64,000 nucleotides of DNA from an uncultured Acidobacteriota bacterium (GCA_963789135.1 CAWBJJ010000008.1:15720-79719); one strand, 5' to 3'; shown: positions 20,077-29,719, counted from the stretch's first letter. Notes: generated by a model not told the origin, from the letters alone. Translations and numbers: made by a program.

Positions 20077-20588
20077 GTTTTCGCCTCCTCAGGCGTTTCG
20101 ACAATGTGCCAATGGTGGCAGGAATACCGCCGCTGAGGAAAAGCGGTAGAGGAGAAAGAAACCTTCGAGTTTCTCCGGGGGTTTGTTCAGTCTGAGACTC
20201 GAAGGCGCTTTCGGAGTGTCAGAGGAAACCGTCGGTTGACTGCCCGGCCAAGCAAGCGACTGGTACACGATGAGCAGCTCGCCGTCGATCGCCTCGACCT
20301 TTAGGTGTGGGTCGACGTGACATCGGTCCCACACAGTTCCGAACGCAATCCAAGGTTTCGGCGTCCGCTAAAGGTCGCGAAACATTGCGAGTGGACCGGA
20401 GCCCCCGCGGGGTTGGGCGACAGTGGTGACTGTCAGTCAGGAGCTCGCGATCCATTGCGAGCGAGCCCTGGGTAGGTGCCGTCCCGCCTCGACCCAACCT
20501 ACACACCGTCGCGAACAGCCATTTCGAGTGTGTGTACTGCGAAAGCGTCGACGACCTTGCTTCGGGGTTCTTTGGGTAGATTCCCTCG

Positions 20589-20963
20589 ATGGGAGCAAAT
20601 CCGGATCGGGTTGGTGTCTCCGAAGAGGACATCGAGACGATCACCAAGGCAGTCCTGGACTACCTCGAAGGGTATGTGGCGGGAGATGCCCAACGACATC
20701 TCGGTTCGTACCATCCCGAAGCGGTCAAGCGTCGCTACAACCAGCACGAGGACGGTGTATTCGGGGTCGTCAACTACTCCCCGCAGACCATGGCGGACTG
20801 GGCGGCTCTCCAAACCCCGACAGAGGTTGGAGATGCTGAGATCGTGATCGATGGCGTGTACAGCGACATCGCCACCGTCAGGGTGTATTCGAAGTGGTGG
20901 GTCGACTTCATCCATGTCGTCAAGGCACGCGGATCCTGGAAGCTCTTTCACGTGACCGGCTGA
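20589..20963 (+). CDS. NTF2-like (SnoaL/lumazine-binding-like) family protein
   Basis: 124 aa; ...YSKWWVDFIHVVKARGSWKLFHV C-terminal pattern typical of NTF2-like small proteins. Confidence 0.55.
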   Translation: MGANPDRVGVSEEDIETITKAVLDYLEGYVAGDAQRHLGSYHPEAVKRRYNQHEDGVFGVVNYSPQTMADWAALQTPTEVGDAEIVIDGVYSDIATVRVYSKWWVDFIHVVKARGSWKLFHVTG

Positions 20964-21033
20964 GCTCGGAGATGATGTAGAAGCCGAAGTCGTGTGGTAC
21001 AAGACCAGCCAGAAACCTGAGAAACCGCCGAAC

Positions 21034-21416
21034 TCAGCCGCCGAGCAGGGCCTTCTGTCTGGGCCGAGAATTCCTCTTCGCTGAGAGCACCCTGGTCCAT
21101 CAGGGTCGCGAGCTTGGCTAACTCGTCACGCGTTGAGTGCGGACCCATGCCCGGATGTACTGCCCCTCCGTCTTGTTCCGATGCGCGATGTCGACGATGG
21201 CCCGGTCCTGCATGCGTGGAGCCCCGAGCGATCAAGATAGGTGAGCGCACCGACCAAGGGGAGGATGATCAGAAGGAACGTCCACCCCGCCTTGGCCCAG
21301 CCAGACAGCGTCCTGGCTGGCGGAAGATGTCCGCAAACAGGTAGATCAACAGCGAGATCCACGCGAGTAAACAGGAACATCCAGAGCATCGACCAGAACA
21401 TGTCGAGCAAAGGCAT
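21034..21416 (-). pseudogene. PLDc_N (PLD-nuclease N-terminal membrane domain) + SHOCT domain protein, two frameshifts
   Basis: MPLLDMFWSMLWMFLF...SGWAKAGWTFLLIILPLVGALTYL (PLDc_N) then ILIARG...DELAKLATLMDQGALSEEEFSAQ (SHOCT) in another frame from ~21233, and terminal QKALLGG* in a third frame from ~21065. Confidence 0.6.
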
Positions 21417-21601
21417 CGTCGTCGCTCCTATCTCAGTGGCGAAGTTGGTATGTCACCGGAGAGTAGCCCTCATGCCGAGGGCGATTTTGGCTGCCTTGCT
21501 CGGTCTAGATCCCCTGATAGGCCCCCTAGGCCCTGCAACATTCGTCAATTGCAACCTCCGAGAATCAAGAAACCCCCTGTGTTACCAGGGGGTTTCTCTT
21601 G

Positions 21602-21676
21602 TGGGCCCTACTGGACTTGAACCAGTGACCTCTTGCGTGTCGAGCAAGCGCTCTAGCCAGGCTGAGCTAAGGGCCC
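21602..21676 (-). tRNA. tRNA-Val (anticodon GAC)
   Basis: GGGCCCT..CTTGC-TCGACAC-GCAAG..ACTGG-TTCAAGT-CCAGT-AGGGCCC-A. Confidence 0.85.
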
Positions 21677-21691
21677 GTGTTCCCTCCTCAG

Positions 21692-21762
21692 AGGCGACGA
21701 CCGGAATCGAACCGGTGTGACGGGTTTTGCAGACCCGCGCCTAACCACTCGGCCACGTCGCC
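21692..21762 (-). tRNA. tRNA-Cys (anticodon GCA)
   Basis: GGCGACG..CGGGT-CTGCAAA-ACCCG..ACCGG-TTCGATT-CCGGT-CGTCGCC-U (U73 discriminator typical of tRNA-Cys). Confidence 0.85.
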
Positions 21763-21796
21763 GGTACCGGACGACTCGACCTCGGTCCGTCGTCGG

Positions 21797-21870
21797 AGCG
21801 GAAGACGGGATTCGAACCCGCGACCTCAACCTTGGCAAGGTTGCGCTCTAGCCAACTGAGCTACTTCCGC
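21797..21870 (-). tRNA. tRNA-Gly (anticodon GCC)
   Basis: GCGGAAG..CAACC-TTGCCAA-GGTTG..GCGGG-TTCGAAT-CCCGT-CTTCCGC-U. Confidence 0.85.
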
Positions 21871-21916
21871 AAAGGAGGCGGAATTGTAGCCCCCGGCGGT
21901 TTCCAACCAAACGAGC

Positions 21917-22345
21917 TCAGGAGCCCGTGGAGCCGAACCCTCCGCTCCCCCGATCGGTCTCATCGAGCTCGGAGACCTCGGTCCACTCCACAACAGGCAC
22001 CGGGACCACCGTGAGTTGAGCGATCCGATCTCCCCGGGAGAAACTGACCGGATCAGTGCCGTGGTTGATCAGAATCACCGCCACCTCACCCCGATAACCG
22101 GAGTCGATGAGCCCGGGACCGTTGACCACACCGATGCCCGAACGCAGTGCGTGCCCGCTGCGAGGAATCACCAGGCCGGCAAAACCTTCGGGGATGGCAA
22201 CGGCCACTCCGGTAGGCACTGCCATCCGCTCTCCTGGCTGAAGAACAACGTCAATTCTCGACTGAAGATCGACCGCTGCATCGCCGATATGGGATTTCAT
22301 GGGAATTCCCTGTTCCGGATCGAGGCGAGTGAAGTTAACCTGCAT
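21917..22345 (-). CDS. dut: dUTP diphosphatase
   Basis: MQVNFTRLDPEQGIPMKSHIGDAAVDL...RSGHALRSGIGVVNGPGLIDSGYRGEV...GDRIAQL dUTPase motifs I-V. Confidence 0.9.
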   Translation of the reverse strand: MQVNFTRLDPEQGIPMKSHIGDAAVDLQSRIDVVLQPGERMAVPTGVAVAIPEGFAGLVIPRSGHALRSGIGVVNGPGLIDSGYRGEVAVILINHGTDPVSFSRGDRIAQLTVVPVPVVEWTEVSELDETDRGSGGFGSTGS

Positions 22346-22399
22346 GTCGTCTGGGGATTTCGGGTGGGGTGACCTGACGACTGTAAGCGAGCCCATTCG

Positions 22400-23407
22400 A
22401 TGACTGCTAACTCGCCCGCGCCGCCGAAACGCCTGGTGCGGTGGACCTCGATGGAGTCACTCGGGTTCTTCGATGCCCCGACGTCGGCCACCGTTGCCTA
22501 TCGGCCCGATGGCGAAGTCACCGCGACCACTCTCATCAGTACACCGACCGCGCCCAGCGGAGACATGGTCAAGGATCTTTGGGAATCCACCGAGCTGGAT
22601 GCCCCCAGCCTCGCGGACTGGACACCGAGCTTCGGCGATCGGAGACGGCTCCGGGGCCGCGACTTCCGGTGGACCCGGGTCCTGTTCTCGATGGCCCTGG
22701 TGCTTGCGGTTGGGCTCGGCGCGGCGTGGCTGGCCCTCCGGCCCGCCGAAGAGGCCGAAGCATCGCTGGCGACAGTATCCGACCGCGCTGCCGACTTGGA
22801 CACCGCCCTTACCGGCCTGGACGAAGTGAGCGAGCAGGTGGCCGCCGAGCAGGACGCCACCGGGAACAGCGCATCGGCACTCTTCGATGTCGACGAGGCG
22901 GCGCGAGGGCTCTTCGACGCATCCGCGGCCCTGCCCTCTTCCCAGATCGACGCAAGGGACACCGCATCCGACGTGGCCAGCATCTCACTCGACGCCTCAC
23001 GCCGGCTCCGTGACGCTCTCGCCCTGCGCGGAGCCGTGGAATCGATGGTGGTCCCACCGATCCTGGAGAGCGACCCGGGGATGACGGACCTGGGTGGTGC
23101 CACCTTGTCGTTCACCGAGTGGAGGGCAAGCTTCGAGTCCGCGAGCCAGTCGATAACCCAGGACCTTCCCGGCGAAGTCGAGGCATCGTTCGAATCGTTC
23201 GTCGGATCCCTCGACCAAATTCAGGCCCGATACGTAGATGCGATCCGCCTCACCGATCCGGAAGGTGCGTTGGCCGCGGTCACCGACCTGGAAGCGGGCC
23301 TCGCCGCGATCCGGTACTCGATGATGTCGGCAGTCGCCGAATCAGCAGAGAATGTCGAGTCTGACCTGGTCCGGGCCCGGAACCTGATCGACCAACTACT
23401 CGGCTGA
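22400..23407 (+). CDS. hypothetical Ala/Asp-rich single-pass membrane protein
   Basis: 335 aa; one TM (VLFSMALVLAVGLGAAWLAL); syntenic position next to dut. Confidence 0.5.
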   Translation: MTANSPAPPKRLVRWTSMESLGFFDAPTSATVAYRPDGEVTATTLISTPTAPSGDMVKDLWESTELDAPSLADWTPSFGDRRRLRGRDFRWTRVLFSMALVLAVGLGAAWLALRPAEEAEASLATVSDRAADLDTALTGLDEVSEQVAAEQDATGNSASALFDVDEAARGLFDASAALPSSQIDARDTASDVASISLDASRRLRDALALRGAVESMVVPPILESDPGMTDLGGATLSFTEWRASFESASQSITQDLPGEVEASFESFVGSLDQIQARYVDAIRLTDPEGALAAVTDLEAGLAAIRYSMMSAVAESAENVESDLVRARNLIDQLLG

Positions 23408-23845
23408 TTCCAGCGCAGCGACTTCCTTCTCGAAGTCTGCCGCGTCCTGAAAATCCTTGTAGACAGAGGCGAAGCGGAGATAGGCCACTTCGTCGAGCGC
23501 CCTCAGGCGCTCCAGCACCTCATGCCCGATCTCCTCGGATGCCACCTGAGGCCCTTTCTCGCGGAGGGCGATCTCGACCTCCTCGGCGATCACCTGCACC
23601 GCGGAGCCGGAAACCGGGCGGTCGGCAAATGCAGCAGAGATCCCGGCAGCCAGCTTCGCCGACGAGAAAGCCTCCAGCCTTCCGTTTCGCTTGCGGACCA
23701 TGAGCTGGGGCTCCAAGCGCTCATACGTGGTGAAGCGGCGGTCGCAGGTCTCACAGAGACGGCGACGCCGGATCGACTGGCCGCCCTCGGCAGGCCTGCT
23801 GTCGATCACCCGGGTGTCGGGTGCGCCGCACGTGGGGCAAAGCAT
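23396..23845 (-). CDS. nrdR: transcriptional repressor NrdR
   Basis: MLCPTCGAPDTRVIDSRPAEGGQSIRRRRLCETCDRRFTTYERLE zinc ribbon + ATP-cone. Confidence 0.9.
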   Translation of the reverse strand: MLCPTCGAPDTRVIDSRPAEGGQSIRRRRLCETCDRRFTTYERLEPQLMVRKRNGRLEAFSSAKLAAGISAAFADRPVSGSAVQVIAEEVEIALREKGPQVASEEIGHEVLERLRALDEVAYLRFASVYKDFQDAADFEKEVAALESAE

Positions 23846-23871
23846 CGCCCCAGGGTAAACCGCGATCTCGC

Positions 23872-24180
23872 TCAGCCCCCCGGGATGAGTAGCACCTGGC
23901 CGGGAAATATCGATTCGCCCTCGACGCCGCTGAGCCGGACGATGTCGGATATCAGCCGGCGAACGTCCTCACCCGGCCCGGTTCTGGCGGCTGCGATCGC
24001 CCAAAGAGTGTCACCGGGCGCCACCTCGTACTCCACGGGAGTCGGGAGTGGGGCACCGGCTTCTGCAGAGCCCCCGATCATGAGGAAGACCAGGCAGATT
24101 GTCGCTGCGAACAAGGCCAGCCGGACGGACAGCTGAAGTGTTGCCTTCTGCACTTGGTCTCCCTCCTGATCGGTGTTCAT
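23872..24180 (-). CDS. LysM peptidoglycan-binding domain membrane protein (Rv2719c-like, SOS-regulated)
   Basis: TM helix + LysM (YEVAPGDTLWAIAA...VLLIPGG); ATG at 24178-24180 chosen because the longer GTG start at 24225 overlaps a LexA box. Confidence 0.7.
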   Translation of the reverse strand: MNTDQEGDQVQKATLQLSVRLALFAATICLVFLMIGGSAEAGAPLPTPVEYEVAPGDTLWAIAAARTGPGEDVRRLISDIVRLSGVEGESIFPGQVLLIPGG

Positions 24181-24206
24181 TGGGCTCTTGCTGGATGACG
24201 TTCTGA

Positions 24207-24286
24207 TCGAACGTGCGTTCGACACTCTATCGAACGAGTGTTCGGTGTCAAGTCGAACAGATGTTTGGTTTCGAACTCCTGTTCGA
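24207..24286. promoter_or_regulatory. cluster of four LexA (SOS) boxes in the lysM-lexA divergent intergenic region
   Basis: TCGAAC-GTGC-GTTCGA (24207-24222), TCGAAC-GAGT-GTTCGG (24230-24245), TCGAAC-AGAT-GTTTGG (24253-24268), TCGAAC-TCCT-GTTCGA (24271-24286); actinobacterial consensus TCGAAC-N4-GTTCGA. Confidence 0.75.
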
Positions 24287-24326
24287 TTAGCGTTTCACCC
24301 GGCACAGCGGTTTCAGGAGGAGTCAG

Positions 24327-24947
24327 ATGGTCAGCGAGCGACAGCAACAGGTTCTCGACTACATCCGGGACACGGTCAACCAGCGTGGTTATCCGCCCTC
24401 GGTACGCGAGATCGGTGAGGCGGTCGGGCTCTCCTCGCCTTCGACGGTCCACTCCCACCTCTCAGCGTTGGTGGAGGCAGGCGTCTTGCGAAGGGACCCG
24501 ACCAAGCCACGGGCGATCGTGGTGGTCGACGAATCAGCTCCGGCAACGGCGTATCGCTCCGATCGTGTCCGTGACATCCCGCTCCTGGGTCGGATCGCGG
24601 CCGGCACCCCGATCCTCGCCGCCGAGGACGTTGATGAAGTCCTGCCCCTCCCCGTCGATCTCGTCGGCAACGACCCCGTGTTCCTGCTCGAGGTCAAGGG
24701 AGATTCGATGATCGGCGCCGGCATCTTCCCTGGAGACCTGGTCGCCATCCGCAGTCAAAAGGACGCTCACGATGGCGAGATAGTCGCCGCCCTGATCGAC
24801 GGCGAAGAGGCGACCGTCAAGCGGCTGCGCCGGATCGACGGCAAGGTGGTCCTCGAGTCGGAGAATCCGAACTACGAGCCGATGGTCTTCACCGATGGTG
24901 TCGAGCTGATCGGGAAAGTGGTCAGCGTCCTCCGCCGCTACCCCTGA
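24327..24947 (+). CDS. lexA: LexA repressor
   Basis: 206 aa; wHTH N-terminus, S24 peptidase C-terminus (..GDSMIGAGI..); SD GGAGGAG. Confidence 0.9.
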   Translation: MVSERQQQVLDYIRDTVNQRGYPPSVREIGEAVGLSSPSTVHSHLSALVEAGVLRRDPTKPRAIVVVDESAPATAYRSDRVRDIPLLGRIAAGTPILAAEDVDEVLPLPVDLVGNDPVFLLEVKGDSMIGAGIFPGDLVAIRSQKDAHDGEIVAALIDGEEATVKRLRRIDGKVVLESENPNYEPMVFTDGVELIGKVVSVLRRYP

Positions 24948-25687
24948 TCCCAGGCTCCCCGGAACGAATACTCGGCAGGGCCGGTCAGCCAGCCGATCCC
25001 GTCCCTGATCTCGACCGCTCCGCTACCCCCGGGGACTTTCACCGTGACCGCACCGTCCTCGCCGCCCAGAGCGACTGCGGCCGAAGCCACCATCCCGGTG
25101 CCGCAGGCCAGGGTCTCGCCAATCCCCCGCTCCCAAACCCTCATGATCACGGTGTCACCGGCGATCGAGATGAACTCCACATTGCAGCCGGTGTCGAACC
25201 CGGCCTCCTTGGCGACCAGCGGACCGAGCACTGAGAGGTCGATCACTCCGGGATCGTCGACCACTCGCACTGCATGGGGATTGCCCACATCGACCAGGTG
25301 GTAGACCTCGCCGTCCACCGTCTCTTCCCCTTCGAGCAGGGGAGGACCGATCTCTGCCTCGACCATGTCGCCCTTGATCCTCACCTGGCGCAGGCCGGCC
25401 GGGGTGTCGACTCCGAACTCGTCGGAGGCGGCCCAACCGTTGTCCCGGGCGAGACGAGCGACGCAACGCAGTCCGTTGCCACACATCTCGGCGGGGCTGC
25501 CGTCGGCATTCCAATAATCCATGACGATCGGAGCGCCGGGGGTGACAACCAGGATCCCATCGGCACCTACTCCGAAGCGACGGTCACAGACCCGTGCCAC
25601 CTCGTGCGGGTCGAGCCGGGCCGGGCCTTCGATGACCACGAAGTCGTTGCCCAGCCCCTGCATCTTGGTGAATTCGAACCTGCTCAA
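24938..25687 (-). CDS. dapF: diaminopimelate epimerase
   Basis: FTKMQGLGNDFVV ... GNPHAV ... CGTG catalytic cysteines. Confidence 0.9.
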   Translation of the reverse strand: MSRFEFTKMQGLGNDFVVIEGPARLDPHEVARVCDRRFGVGADGILVVTPGAPIVMDYWNADGSPAEMCGNGLRCVARLARDNGWAASDEFGVDTPAGLRQVRIKGDMVEAEIGPPLLEGEETVDGEVYHLVDVGNPHAVRVVDDPGVIDLSVLGPLVAKEAGFDTGCNVEFISIAGDTVIMRVWERGIGETLACGTGMVASAAVALGGEDGAVTVKVPGGSGAVEIRDGIGWLTGPAEYSFRGAWDQG

Positions 25688-26571
25688 CCCAATGCCTCCA
25701 GGGCTCGGACGGCCCGTGCTTCGATGTCGTCGACCCAGGGTATCCAGCGTATCCGCGGGTCTCGCTGAAACCAGGTGCGCTGCTTGCGCGACAGCCTCCT
25801 GGTGTTGGCAGCCGCCAGCCGAAACGCCTCGTCGATGCTGGTCTCCCCGTCGAGCGCTGCCAGCACCTCCCGATAGCCCACTGCACGACTCGCCACCCGG
25901 CCCAGACGGTGGCGCAGGCCTTCGACCTCCTCCACCAGCCCTCCGGCCCTCATCGCAGCCAATCGAGCATCCACCCGACCCTCCAGGGACTCTCCGGGGT
26001 CGATACCCACTGCGGTGAACTCGAGCTCGGGCACGAAACGACGGATGTCGTCTGCCTCTGCACTCGACGCCCTCCGGCTCGGAGTCTCCCCGGTGAGGCG
26101 GAGGATCTCCAGGGCGCGGATCGCCCGCCTCGAATTGGCCAGGTCGACATGGGCCTCCGCGCTCGGGTCGGCGCCGACCAACTCCGCGACCACATCTTCC
26201 AAGGGCATCGCTTCCAATTCGAGGCGCATTGCGGGATCGGTCGGAGCGAAGCTCATCGGGTCCACCAGGGACCGGAAATGAAGGCCGGAGCCACCGCTGA
26301 TCAGCAGGGCCGGTGCATTGGAAGTCTCCATCACCGTTCTCGCCAACCGACGGAAGGCCGCTACCGAGAAGTCATCTTCGGGTTCGACGACGTCGATCAT
26401 GTGGTGGGGCACTCCCCGGCGCTCCACCAGATTGGGTTTGGCGGTGCCGATATCCATCCCCCGGTACACCTGCACCGAGTCCACTGAGATGACTTCCGCT
26501 CCGAGTGTGGCGGCGATGCGGACGGCTAACTCGCTCTTGCCGGATGCCGTCGGCCCGAGCAGGGCCAACAC
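25684..26571 (-). CDS. miaA: tRNA dimethylallyltransferase
   Basis: LLGPTASGKSELAV P-loop, ...DSVQVYRGMDIGTAKP...; GTG start 5 nt after miaB stop. Confidence 0.9.
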   Translation of the reverse strand: MLALLGPTASGKSELAVRIAATLGAEVISVDSVQVYRGMDIGTAKPNLVERRGVPHHMIDVVEPEDDFSVAAFRRLARTVMETSNAPALLISGGSGLHFRSLVDPMSFAPTDPAMRLELEAMPLEDVVAELVGADPSAEAHVDLANSRRAIRALEILRLTGETPSRRASSAEADDIRRFVPELEFTAVGIDPGESLEGRVDARLAAMRAGGLVEEVEGLRHRLGRVASRAVGYREVLAALDGETSIDEAFRLAAANTRRLSRKQRTWFQRDPRIRWIPWVDDIEARAVRALEALG

Positions 26572-26576
26572 CCGGG

Positions 26577-27965
26577 TCAGACCGGGCTCCCCACCAGGTG
26601 ATGTGCCTTTGCCTCATCGACCCTGACATGAAGGAAGGAGCCCGCTTCGTAGAGCCCGGGAACGTGCACCAGCTTCCCGCTTCGGGTACGCGTGGTGGCG
26701 ATCCCGGGATCCTTGCGCGACGGCCCTTCGCTGAGCACCTCGACCTCCGCTCCCACCAGGGCCAGGTTCGCAAGGCGCGAGCTGGCGTCCTGTAGCTCTA
26801 CGAGGCGGGCGAACCGCTCCCGAATCACGTGGTCGGGGACAAATCGATCCTGGAACGACGCCGCCGCGGTGCCCGGGCGTGGCGAGAAGATGAACATGAA
26901 CGCCGAGTCGTAGCCGGCTTCCTCGACCACCTCGAGGGTCAACTCGAAGTCTTCGTCTGTCTCCCCGGGGAATCCGACGATCACATCTGTCGAAACCGCC
27001 AAGCCCGGGATCAACTCCCGAGCCATCGCCAGCCGATCCATGTACTTGGCGCGGGTGTAACCCCGGTGCATCGCAGCCAGTATTCGGTCCGAGCCCGATT
27101 GCAACGGGAAGTGGAGCTGCTCGCAGACTGCCTCGGTCTCGGCCATGGCACGGGCTACTTCCTCACGAAAGTCGTTGGGGTGGGGGCTGGTGAAGCGAAC
27201 TCTTCGTATCCCCTCGACGTCGCCCACCCGACGAAGCAACTCGGCGAAGATCGGGCGCCTCTTGCCGTCGATGGCCAGGTCCCGCCCGTAGGTGTCCACG
27301 TTCTGTCCGAGCAGGGTGACCTCGACCACTCCCTGGCCAGCCAATTCTTCGACCTCGCGCACCACGTCGCCGGGGCGGCGCGATACCTCGACGCCCCGCA
27401 CCGAGGGAACTATGCAGAAGGTGCAGGTGTTGTTGCAGCCCACCTGGATCGATACCCAGGCCGAGTGCTGTAACTCTCGGCGTGCCGGTAGGGACGATGG
27501 CATCGCCTGTAACTCGTCGACCACTTCCGTGATTGGCCCCCAGTGCTCCACGTGGTCGATCAGGTCGAGCACCCGGTCCAAGTTGTGGGTTCCCATCACC
27601 ACGTCGACCCAGGGGGCTCGCTCCCGCACCAGCTCCCGGTCCTTCTGGGCGGCACAGCCCCCGACCACCAGAAGCATCCCCGGGTTGAGGTCCTTTATCT
27701 CCTTGAGCTGGCCAAGGTTCCCGTACATCCGGTTGTCGGCGTTCTCCCGGATCGTGCAGGTGTTGATGTAGACGACGTCAGCGGTATCGAGGCCCTCTGC
27801 CCGGGTCATCCCGTCAACCTCGAACAGTCCGGCGATCCGCTCCGAGTCGTGCTCGTTCATCTGGCACCCGAAGGTGCGTATGAAATAGCTCTTCCCGAGC
27901 CGGGTCGGGAGCCGGCGGGCGGGTTGGCGCAGCTTTGGGGTGGAGAGGAGGACGGTCTGGGTCAT
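26577..27965 (-). CDS. miaB: tRNA-2-methylthio-N6-dimethylallyladenosine synthase
   Basis: MTTase N domain FIRTFGCQMNEHDSE, radical SAM CxxxCxxC (GCNNTCTFC), TRAM domain. Confidence 0.9.
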   Translation of the reverse strand: MTQTVLLSTPKLRQPARRLPTRLGKSYFIRTFGCQMNEHDSERIAGLFEVDGMTRAEGLDTADVVYINTCTIRENADNRMYGNLGQLKEIKDLNPGMLLVVGGCAAQKDRELVRERAPWVDVVMGTHNLDRVLDLIDHVEHWGPITEVVDELQAMPSSLPARRELQHSAWVSIQVGCNNTCTFCIVPSVRGVEVSRRPGDVVREVEELAGQGVVEVTLLGQNVDTYGRDLAIDGKRRPIFAELLRRVGDVEGIRRVRFTSPHPNDFREEVARAMAETEAVCEQLHFPLQSGSDRILAAMHRGYTRAKYMDRLAMARELIPGLAVSTDVIVGFPGETDEDFELTLEVVEEAGYDSAFMFIFSPRPGTAAASFQDRFVPDHVIRERFARLVELQDASSRLANLALVGAEVEVLSEGPSRKDPGIATTRTRSGKLVHVPGLYEAGSFLHVRVDEAKAHHLVGSPV

Positions 27966-27973
27966 GTGCGGCC

Positions 27974-29518
27974 TCAGCGAGCGAAATCGGTGGCCCGAAA
28001 CTCCCGTATCACCGTCACCTGGATCTGGCCCGGGTACTGGAGGTCCTCCTCGAGTTTACGGGCGATCCTCCTCGAAAGCTCTCGAGCTTCGAGGTCACCC
28101 ACTGCGCCCGGATCGACGACCACTCGCACCTCCCGGCCGGCCTGGAGTGCGAAGACGTGATCGACACCGGGAAACTCGAGCGCCAGCGTCTCCAGGCGCT
28201 CCAGACGCTTGACGTATCCCTCGAGCGTCTCACGACGGGCGCCGGGGCGGGCTGCGGAAACCGCGTCCGCGGCCTGCACGATCACGGCAAGGATGGTGCG
28301 CGGCTCGACCTCGTTGTGGTGGGCCTCGATCCCGTGGACCACTGCCGGGTCCTCCTCGAAGCGACGGGCGATCTCGGCGCCGATCAGAGCATGGGACCCC
28401 TCCACCTCGTGGGTCACCGCCTTGCCGATGTCGTGGAGCAAAGCGGCACGCTTCACCGGTGCGGGATCGATGCCGAGCTCGGAGGCGAGCATCGAGGCGA
28501 TGTGGGCGGTCTCTACCAGATGGTTGAGGACGTTCTGCCCGTAAGAGGTGCGGTACTTGAGCCGTCCCATCAGGGTGACCAGTTCGGAGTGCATCCGGGA
28601 CACCCCGGCCTCGACCAGGGCCCACTCCCCGGCGTCCTTGATGCTCTGCTCAACCTCGTCCCGGGCCTTCTCGTAGGCCTCTTCGATCGACGCCGGGTGG
28701 ATCCGGCCGTCGGCGACCAGGCGCTCCACGGTGATCCTGGCCACCTCGCGGCGCACCGGGTCGAACGACGACACCGACACCGCTTCCGGGGTGTCGTCGA
28801 CGATCAGGTTGGTTCCGGTAACCGATTCGAGATGGCGGATGTTGCGGCCTTCACGGCCAATGATCCGGCCCTTCATGTCATCAGAGGGGAGCTGGATGAC
28901 CGAAACCGTGGTCTCGGTGACCACCTCCGACGCCAGCCGCTGGATTGCAGTGGCCAGGATGCGCCGGGCCCTCCGGTCAGCCTCCTCGCGTGCCTTTATC
29001 TCCAGGTCGCGGACGACGATCATCGCCTCCCGCCGGGCCTCGTCTTCCACCTGAGCAAGCATCTCGGTCTTGGCGGCATTGACGTCGATTCCCGCGACCT
29101 GCTCCAGCCGATACCGGGCCTCCTCCTTGAGTCGCTCCACCTGACCCCGGGAGTCGTTGAGCTCTTCCTCGCGGTCGATGAGCATCTTCTCCCGCTGCGC
29201 CAGGTTCGAGGCACGCTGGTCGAGGGTCTCCTCACGCTGGGCGAGGCGGTTCTCCAGGCTGGATGCCTCGAGCCGGCGGTGTTCGAGGTTGGCCTCCTCG
29301 CGTTCGCGATAGGTCTCTGCCTTGGCCCGCCCCTCTTCCTCTGCCTTGGCGAGTATTCGTTGCGCGTCGAGGCGAGCACTGGTGATCGCGTCCTCGGCCG
29401 AGACCCCATCACGTTCGTGACGTCGGGCAATCGCGAGACGGGCAATGAGGTAGCCGAATCCGAGGCCGATGGCGACCCCGAGGACTATCAGTCCGATCGT
29501 CACCACGGTGTTGCTCAT
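27974..29518 (-). CDS. rny: ribonuclease Y
   Basis: N-terminal TM, coiled-coil, KH domain (GRIIGREGRNIR), HD domain (LLHDIGKA...H) ; 514 aa. Confidence 0.85.
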   Translation of the reverse strand: MSNTVVTIGLIVLGVAIGLGFGYLIARLAIARRHERDGVSAEDAITSARLDAQRILAKAEEEGRAKAETYREREEANLEHRRLEASSLENRLAQREETLDQRASNLAQREKMLIDREEELNDSRGQVERLKEEARYRLEQVAGIDVNAAKTEMLAQVEDEARREAMIVVRDLEIKAREEADRRARRILATAIQRLASEVVTETTVSVIQLPSDDMKGRIIGREGRNIRHLESVTGTNLIVDDTPEAVSVSSFDPVRREVARITVERLVADGRIHPASIEEAYEKARDEVEQSIKDAGEWALVEAGVSRMHSELVTLMGRLKYRTSYGQNVLNHLVETAHIASMLASELGIDPAPVKRAALLHDIGKAVTHEVEGSHALIGAEIARRFEEDPAVVHGIEAHHNEVEPRTILAVIVQAADAVSAARPGARRETLEGYVKRLERLETLALEFPGVDHVFALQAGREVRVVVDPGAVGDLEARELSRRIARKLEEDLQYPGQIQVTVIREFRATDFAR

Positions 29519-29549
29519 CGCGGTCCTTCCCCCGGAGTTGGAAACAAAC

Positions 29550-29574
29550 GTGCCGAGCCCATAGGACTCGGCAC
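29550..29574 (-). terminator. putative recA intrinsic terminator
   Basis: hairpin GTGCCGAG-cccatagga-CTCGGCAC followed on the minus strand by GTTTGTTTCC. Confidence 0.45.
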
Positions 29575-29719
29575 ACGAAAGGAATCAGCGGCAAAAGCGG
29601 GCAGGATCACCCTGGGGCCTTGTCGCTCCTCCTCATGATGTTCTCGGTCTCCGGTCTTTCAGTTCAAAGGTGAATTCGTGTGCAGCCTGGATGCTACACC
29701 CGGATCCCGGATCCGGATA

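Noticed and set aside
20089-20647. Small ORFs (81, 142, 138 aa) in the 500-bp lower-GC gap
   Set aside because: No SD, no conservation signal, overlapping each other; region treated as non-coding or regulatory.
19179-21870. Integrative element at the tRNA genes (integrase, attachment direct repeats)
   Set aside because: No integrase or recombinase ORF, and I found no clear duplicated tRNA 3-prime end flanking the islet; kept only as a possible islet.
27935-29638. 567-aa plus-strand ORF antisense to rny/miaB
   Set aside because: No recognisable domains, Arg/Gly/Pro-rich; overlaps two well-supported minus-strand genes.
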